Source: an uncultured cyanobacterium
GTDB lineage: Bacteria; Cyanobacteriota; Cyanobacteriia; Cyanobacteriales; Cyanobacteriaceae
Assembly (NCBI GenBank): GCA_963710605.1
Contig: CAVQBA010000004.1
Span: 992,001 to 1,056,000, forward strand
Reading direction: 5' to 3'
Length of the DNA stretch: 64,000 bases
Part shown: piece by piece, positions 58,006-64,000 of the stretch
How the letters are laid out: each line of letters starts with the position of its first letter
How positions within the stretch are numbered: the stretch's first letter is position 1
Program-made: the position numbers and the translations under genes
The notes under the pieces: model-generated
The model's input: only the letters and a program-made list of their open reading frames with translations
The model's database searches: none
Told to the model about the DNA's origin: nothing

Positions 58006-58413
58006 TTAATTAGATGATTGCTCAACTCTTTTTTCTATATCTTCAAATGTATTCAAGAGTAGTCTTTTTGCTTCGAGTCTCCAACCTAATTTTTGTATTT
58101 TGATAGCTAAAGGAATAGCAATTGCCGGGGCGATAAAGTCTAAATATTGTTGAGAAGAAATACCAAATAATAAACCCAAACCACCAATACCCCAAAAAGG
58201 TAATGCCCATGTCTGACGACTTTTTTCAATACTTTTTTCCCAGAAGGTTTGTGGCATTTGGGCTAATAATTCTGTTTTTAATTTTTTTTGTTCGACAAAA
58301 TTAAGCGAAATACCAATCTTGCGTCTTAATTTTTCTATTTTTCTAGCATCTGTACTATATTCTATTAATTGGTCTTCTGCTAAAAGAATTAAATTTTCTA
58401 AGGTAAGAGGCAT
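58006..58413 (-). CDS. Hypothetical membrane protein
   Basis: 135 aa with a hydrophobic hairpin (ALPFWGIGGLGLLFGIS). Confidence 0.65.
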   Translation of the reverse strand: MPLTLENLILLAEDQLIEYSTDARKIEKLRRKIGISLNFVEQKKLKTELLAQMPQTFWEKSIEKSRQTWALPFWGIGGLGLLFGISSQQYLDFIAPAIAIPLAIKIQKLGWRLEAKRLLLNTFEDIEKRVEQSSN

Positions 58414-58606
58414 TTTTATTTATGACCATTAAACTATATAGGGTTTATTTTATCATTGTTTAATAATCAATCATTAGTTATTAAAGTAATTAACATTAGG
58501 AAAGAATAAAAGAGTAAAGAGTATTAATTGTTAGTTGTTCATTGTTCATTGTTCACTCTTTATGACCTATTTAGTGTACGATCGTACATATTTCGCTCAA
58601 TCATCA

Positions 58607-59389
58607 ATGTTTGCCAAAATTTTCCTCTTCTTTTTTTTAGTTTTCAATCTGGTTTTACTCAATCCTGTATCCGCTCACGCAACTAACCTCAACGAGCGTA
58701 TTAATCAATATCCGCAATGGAATAGCAAAATATCTTTACCTCAACCAGACAGAGATTTGATTTTTCCTGATTGGTTTGCGGGTAGATGGCAAGTTACAAG
58801 TATTTTAGAAGAGCAAATTGCGCCTCTCGCACCTCGATTTGAAACCCCCGGATTTAACCAAAATGAACAATATCTACACCAAATAGTTAATTTTGATGTG
58901 CAATATATTCCCGTAATTGAATTACCAAAAAGAGATAACTTTGTACCTACTGTTGTTAATTCAGCAGAGGTTATTATTGCCGATCGAGTTTTTAATGGTT
59001 TATCGATCGCAAAAGCATATTTAGGTCAAGATAATGCCATAAAAGTTATCGCTAATCCTAATAATTCAACTGAACAAATAACCACATTTAGTCAAAATAA
59101 CCAACTAATTTCAACAGTAATTGGTCGGCAACAAGAACAAACTTCTGAGGAAGAATTTACGACAAGTGAATTAACAAGCCAGTTTTTTCGTCGTTTAGAT
59201 AATATTTATTTAAACATTGTTGAAAATACCACAAAATATCATTTGGTTAAGCCTAATTTAATTGAAGCAATACAAGTTTCCGCTGTTTATTTATCACCTA
59301 AAGATCCTGATTATTTTGTAGCGATCGATAAACCTGTTGCTTTATATTACTATACTTTAAAACTTAAAAAATTGCCTAATAAATTATAA
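58607..59389 (+). CDS. DUF6816-like exported protein
   Basis: Signal peptide from MFAKIF; DLIFPDWFAGRWQVTS, ADRVFNG, YLSPKDPDYF. Confidence 0.7.
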   Translation: MFAKIFLFFFLVFNLVLLNPVSAHATNLNERINQYPQWNSKISLPQPDRDLIFPDWFAGRWQVTSILEEQIAPLAPRFETPGFNQNEQYLHQIVNFDVQYIPVIELPKRDNFVPTVVNSAEVIIADRVFNGLSIAKAYLGQDNAIKVIANPNNSTEQITTFSQNNQLISTVIGRQQEQTSEEEFTTSELTSQFFRRLDNIYLNIVENTTKYHLVKPNLIEAIQVSAVYLSPKDPDYFVAIDKPVALYYYTLKLKKLPNKL

Positions 59390-59570
59390 TTAATATCTTT
59401 TTGAAAATTAGGTTTTTTATGATTTATTATTAACTAATAAGTAATAATAGCTTCTAGCTATTTTCTTATTTTTGAGAATGAAACAGCCCAGCCCGAAAGC
59501 AAAGGGAAACTTGCTAATTGAAAATGTACCTCACAAAGGTCAAAAGGGCACTCGTGCAAAGGGTAAGTTA

Positions 59571-59690
59571 GGTGGAATGGTGGAATGGTGGAATGGTGGA
59601 ATGGTGTTAAAAAAGGTACTCCATGTAAAAGTTAAATTCACTCATTCTCCTTACTGCTTACTCCTTACTGCTTACTGCTTACTGCTTACT
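59571..59690. repeat. Short tandem repeats (GGTGGAAT)x4 and (TACTGCT)n
   Basis: Read directly from the sequence. Confidence 0.75.
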
Positions 59691-59809
59691 CGACGATAAG
59701 ACTAACTTTTACAAAGAAACTTTCGTGATATTATTCTATAAGGTGTAAGATCCATAAAATTGCGTCCTGATAAAGTTTGATTTAGATACGATCGCAGATT
59801 AATAAATTC

Positions 59810-60655
59810 ATGCTGACTTCTACCAAAGACCTTTTAGAGAAAGCCCAAAAGTATTCCTACGCTGTGGGTGCTTTCAATTTATATAATCTTGAAGGTGCTA
59901 AAGCTGTCGTCAATGCGGCTGAAGCTGATAAGAGTCCCGCAATTATTCAAATTTTGCCCCATATCTTAAAGTATGGCGGTTCGCCTCTAATGGCACTATT
60001 TTTAGAAGCGGCAGACTCAGCAACCGTACCCATGTCAGTTCATTTAGATCATTGTGAAGAACCTGCTATCATCAAAATGGCTTTGGATGCAGGAATACAA
60101 TCTGTTTTGGCAGATGGTTCTAAATTTTCCGATCAAGAAAACCTTGCTTTTACTAGTGAAATGACTGTTCTAGCTCATGCTAACAACGCTACTGTGGAAG
60201 CAGAAATAGGTAGAATTAGCGGTACGGAAGATGGTATGACAGTTGCGGAAAAAGAAGCTAAAATGACCGATCCCGATCGAGCTAAGGAATTTGTTAAAAA
60301 ATCAGGTGTAGATTTTCTTGCTGTTACTATTGGTAATGTTCATGGTAAGTATTATAGCGAACCTAGATTAGATTTTGAGCGTTTAGCTAAAGTTCGTCAG
60401 CAACTCGACATTCCTTTAGTATTACACGGTGCTTCTGGCTTACCCGCTCTGATGATTAAACGATCGATCGAGTTGGGTGTATGTAAGTTTAATGTCAACA
60501 CTGAAGTACGACAAAAATATCTCCAGTTTTGGCGAGAGTATGGAAAAACTGATTCTAAAAGTGATCTTTTAGATTGCCAAAAAGTATCAACGGGTATGAT
60601 GCAAGAGGTTATTGCTCAAAAAATTAGGTTATTTGGTAGTGCAGGTAAAGCTTAG
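59810..60655 (+). CDS. Class II fructose/tagatose-bisphosphate aldolase family protein
   Basis: VGAFN, VHLDH, ADGS, EAEIG, GNVHG, LVLHGASG, KFNVNTE. Confidence 0.9.
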   Translation: MLTSTKDLLEKAQKYSYAVGAFNLYNLEGAKAVVNAAEADKSPAIIQILPHILKYGGSPLMALFLEAADSATVPMSVHLDHCEEPAIIKMALDAGIQSVLADGSKFSDQENLAFTSEMTVLAHANNATVEAEIGRISGTEDGMTVAEKEAKMTDPDRAKEFVKKSGVDFLAVTIGNVHGKYYSEPRLDFERLAKVRQQLDIPLVLHGASGLPALMIKRSIELGVCKFNVNTEVRQKYLQFWREYGKTDSKSDLLDCQKVSTGMMQEVIAQKIRLFGSAGKA

Positions 60656-60979
60656 TCAGTATTGGAAACGATTTATTAAACAGTGTTAAGTTATTAAGTT
60701 CGTTCATATTCTTCTCACCAATCACCACTGAATTTAGCGAATATGACGATCGGTTGCGATATACTTAATTGATAATTTCTGCATCAGAAGAGAGTAAATC
60801 TATTATTCTCTAAGACATTTATTCGATCGTATAGCTAAATAAATTTATAATTGCACTTTTTGTGTTGATGAAAGTCTCCCCCTTTGAAGGGGAGATTTAG
60901 AGGGGTTGGCGAGAGTATAAGTAATCACAAATTCATTCGGCTATATCAGTAGAACAACACAATTTAAACAAGGAAAAAT

Positions 60980-61390
60980 ATGAGAAAAACATTCAGATTA
61001 ACGCACCCAAAAATGAAAGTTGCCAGAATTGTAGAATCGATCAAACACGATGTCAAGAAGTACCTTAAAAGAGAGAGAAAAAAAGAGTTACCCGAAGGTG
61101 CAGATTTCTGGGATTTCAACTGTAAGTTTGGCGTAAATGCGGAAGAGTCAGAAACAATTCACCTGTCTGAAATTAATAAACTGATTGATGAAGCTCAAAA
61201 GAATGGATTAGAATCTTTTTATCTAGAAATTTTGGCTAAAGCTGGTTATAGACAGAAAAAACCGAACCCAACATCGCAAAGCGAAGATTTGAATGAAGCC
61301 CATACAGAAGGTACGATCGATAGAATACAAAATCCTGGAGAGCGAATATCAACCGAAGATGCCAAAAGGATTCTTGATGTGGAAGATTGA
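60980..61390 (+). CDS. DUF6172-like protein
   Basis: KKYLKRERKKELPEGADFWDFNCKFG..FYLEILAK. Confidence 0.7.
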   Translation: MRKTFRLTHPKMKVARIVESIKHDVKKYLKRERKKELPEGADFWDFNCKFGVNAEESETIHLSEINKLIDEAQKNGLESFYLEILAKAGYRQKKPNPTSQSEDLNEAHTEGTIDRIQNPGERISTEDAKRILDVED

Positions 61391-61437
61391 ATGGGATAGT
61401 AAAGCTCTTAAAGAAACTAAAAAGCTCGATCGATCGT

Positions 61438-61710
61438 TTAAGATATATCGGAAATGATATTAATTCCTTCAACAATCCTAATCGTGTTCAAATTATTTTC
61501 AGCAATAGGATAACCTTGTTTTGCAGATTTTTGATACCACTCGATCGCTTTTTTAATATCTACTTCTACTCCTAATCCTAGATGATATATATTACCTAAA
61601 ATACATTGTGCCTCTGAATTTCCTTCCTCCGCAAAAGGTATTAACAAACGTAAGGTTTCTTGATAATTCTTTTGCTTAAAAGCTTGTAAACCTTTTTCAA
61701 AATTAGACAT
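61438..61710 (-). CDS. Small Sel1-repeat protein
   Basis: AEEGNSEAQCILGNIYHLGLGV..AIEWYQKSAKQG. Confidence 0.85.
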   Translation of the reverse strand: MSNFEKGLQAFKQKNYQETLRLLIPFAEEGNSEAQCILGNIYHLGLGVEVDIKKAIEWYQKSAKQGYPIAENNLNTIRIVEGINIISDIS

Positions 61711-61746
61711 TTTAATTCTTTAATGTTTTAACAAATTATAAGTTTT

Positions 61747-61965
61747 TTATGCTACTAATTTGAGAATATTGGTCGGTAACTGATTTAAAGTTAATTCATC
61801 TAATTTAACTTTTTGACTAGCATTATCAATATCAATACCAACTATATTGCCATCTTCATCATAATCAGCAACAATTCCTTCGCTAATTTCTTCACTATCT
61901 ACACTAGCTTTATTTAATAAATCAATATAAAGAGAATCTGTATCAGGATAATAATTAATTTTCAT
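61747..61965 (-). CDS. DUF2283 family protein (putative antitoxin)
   Basis: MKINYYPDTDSLYI..DYDEDGNIVGIDI. Confidence 0.85.
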   Translation of the reverse strand: MKINYYPDTDSLYIDLLNKASVDSEEISEGIVADYDEDGNIVGIDIDNASQKVKLDELTLNQLPTNILKLVA

Positions 61966-62204
61966 GGTTTAAATCTCCGATCGGTTCAAGCATTATGAAT
62001 TGTTATTTTATCTTCTAAAGTAATAACTCTTAAAAAACGATTATCAAATTCTTCTATCATTCCCCAAAATCGAAAACGATTATTTTCTTGTAACTCTATT
62101 TTAATCGGATTTTCAATGACATGGATACACCACTCTTTCTTTATGTACGGACGTTTAATTAAAACTTCATTTTCAAAATAATTAGTAAATTTATATTGTG
62201 TCAT
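61962..62204 (-). CDS. Putative RelE/BrnT-fold toxin partner of DUF2283, with premature TGA at 61986-61988
   Basis: KRPYIKKEW..RFWG..LRVITLED..IHNA*TDRRFKP*; the downstream in-frame stop overlaps the DUF2283 ATG (ATGA). Confidence 0.6.
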
Positions 62205-62521
62205 TACGTATTACTCAGGGAACAAATTTTTTAAGGAAATAGGCATCAACGAATTTGCTGTCAATAGTTTATTAAACATTTATGACTTCGATTTAAGTAA
62301 TTATATAGCCGAAGATATTTTCAGCTATATCGTTACTTACTTAAAAAAAATATCTAAAAATACAGATCATTAAGAGTAAACGAGTTGTTTTAAACAGTTG
62401 AATGAAGTTCCCCATCCTTTGAAGGAGGAGGGGCTGTCATCTGAATTGACGTAACTATGCTTGTAAGCCCCGTGGGTTAGGGGTGGTAGAGGATGTTCTA
62501 ACTTACTCGTTACTTGCTATA

Positions 62522-64000
62522 TTAAAAATTACCAGCTAAGGCTTCTTTACACCGATCGCAAATTAAAGGCTCATCAGTAAAACTACCCACGCTTGTGGAA
62601 TAATTCCAACATCGATCGCATTTTTCTCCATCAGCCGTAAACACACCTACTTTCAAAGAAGTTGAATCCCCTAACTCAATATCAGCTTGATAGTCGCTTT
62701 CGCTTAACGCCGACATATCCTCAACTAATTCCACTTGAGAAACTAACAACAAGTAACGTAACTCATCAACTCTATTACCATCATTAAGACTGACAGTCGG
62801 ATTAAGACTTTTCAACGACTCAATCAATTTAGTATCGTCTGAATACATCAATACTTTAGCTTCTAAAGACGAACCAATTAACTTAGCATTACGAGCGTTA
62901 TCTAAAACCTTATTCACCCCCGTACGAATCTCTCTTAATTGCTCCCATTTTGCCACCAAATCTTCGCTTTGAACCCAGTTTTGGTCTAATTTTACCCAAC
63001 CAGATTCAAAAATCGATTCTGTGGGTTTTTCGTAAGGAAGATTCTGCCAAATATCTTCTGCCATATGACACAATACAGGTGCGATCGATTTAGTAATATT
63101 TTCGAGTATGATTGCCATCACTGTCTGACAGCTACGACGACGAGGAGAATCAAGATTAGAAATATATAATCTATCTTTGGCGGCATCTAAATAGAAGTTA
63201 GATAAATCGACTACACAAAAATTCTGTACCTTTTGGAAAAACTTAAAGAATTGATAGGTTTCAAAAGCATCAGTAATCTCACTAAAAACAAGATGAGTTT
63301 GATGCAAAATATATTTATCTAACTCAGGTAAATCATCATAAGCGACAGCATCGGTAGCAGGATTAAAGTCGTGTAAATTACCTAATAAAAAACGAGCCGT
63401 ATTACGAATTTTACGATAAACATCAGCTAACTGTTTGATCATATTATTACCAATCCGCACGTCACCAGAATAGTCAGTAGAAGATACCCACAATCTCAAG
63501 ACATCGGCACCATAAGGAGGCTTTTCCTTTTTGTTATTACCACCGCTGATGATAAGGTTAGGATCGACGACATTACCTAAAGACTTACTCATTTTTCTGC
63601 CTTGTTCGTCTAAAACAAAACCATGAGTTAAAACAGTTTTGTAAGGAGCATGACCATTAACTGCTACACTAGTCAGAAGACTAGACTGAAACCATCCCCG
63701 ATGTTGGTCTGAACCTTCCAAATACAAATCGACAGGATATTTTAGAGCTTCTCTTTGCTTCGCCACTGCCGCCCAAGATGAGCCAGAATCAAACCAAACA
63801 TCCATGGTATCCGTACCCTTACGATAAGTTTTACCGTTGTTGCGGTAACTTTCAGGTAACAATTCTTCTACCGACAATTCCCACCAAGCATCACTACCTT
63901 TTTCTCTAACGATGTTTTTAACATAATCGATCGTTTCTTCATTTAATAAAGGTTCGTTAGTTTCCTCATCATAAAAAACAGGAATAGGTACGCCCCAATT
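62522..64000 (-). CDS. ileS: Isoleucine-tRNA ligase, 3' part; truncated by window end
   Basis: WGVPIP, DVWFDSG, EGSDQHRGWF, KMSKS, C-terminal CDRCW..CDRC. Confidence 0.97.
   Translation of the reverse strand, partial: NWGVPIPVFYDEETNEPLLNEETIDYVKNIVREKGSDAWWELSVEELLPESYRNNGKTYRKGTDTMDVWFDSGSSWAAVAKQREALKYPVDLYLEGSDQHRGWFQSSLLTSVAVNGHAPYKTVLTHGFVLDEQGRKMSKSLGNVVDPNLIISGGNNKKEKPPYGADVLRLWVSSTDYSGDVRIGNNMIKQLADVYRKIRNTARFLLGNLHDFNPATDAVAYDDLPELDKYILHQTHLVFSEITDAFETYQFFKFFQKVQNFCVVDLSNFYLDAAKDRLYISNLDSPRRRSCQTVMAIILENITKSIAPVLCHMAEDIWQNLPYEKPTESIFESGWVKLDQNWVQSEDLVAKWEQLREIRTGVNKVLDNARNAKLIGSSLEAKVLMYSDDTKLIESLKSLNPTVSLNDGNRVDELRYLLLVSQVELVEDMSALSESDYQADIELGDSTSLKVGVFTADGEKCDRCWNYSTSVGSFTDEPLICDRCKEALAGNF

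Noticed and set aside
59472-59699. 75-aa ORF
   Set aside because: Built from 7-8 bp tandem repeats (MVEWWNGG, LLLTAY); not credible as a protein.
3536-61575. Short antisense or overlapping ORFs in the track (e.g. 3536, 6692, 10840, 10868, 14553, 21032, 23545, 24664, 25641, 27263, 28507, 37006, 40241, 45733, 46498, 49601, 50207, 50758, 52852, 56942, 61236, 61387)
   Set aside because: Shadows of longer, well-supported genes with no motifs of their own.

Overview
AT-rich cyanobacterial chromosome segment (abundant HIP1 GCGATCGC/CGATCG; ntcA, nrrA, sasA, groESL with CIRCE and K-box). Its centre is a complete ~20.3 kb type V-K CRISPR-associated transposon (12126-32396) inserted downstream of tRNA-Pro(UGG). 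One end carries tnsB-tnsC-tniQ. The other carries an Arc/RHH repressor, cas12k, tracrRNA, a 6-repeat array and a delocalized 17-nt homing spacer against the tRNA. The cargo is the most unusual part: a caspase-Avs2 (STAND) fusion faces a 3-gene cluster of a CHAT protease, an ATP-cone/ribonucleotide-reductase alpha (NrdA) fused to a paralogous CHAT protease, and a membrane protein. The NrdA has its radical-relay YY motif changed to SY, no C-terminal CxxC and no nrdB in the window. This is a candidate nucleotide-sensing protease defence system (inference). The element is flanked by an 18-bp direct repeat instead of the usual 5-bp target-site duplication (TSD). The tracrRNA 3' tail pairs 15/16 nt with the homing crRNA but only weakly with array repeats. 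Caveat: conserved genes (groEL, recF, sasA, clpB) have single-base breaks, so frameshifts and stops here may be sequencing errors. All family calls come from motif recognition; no searches were run.
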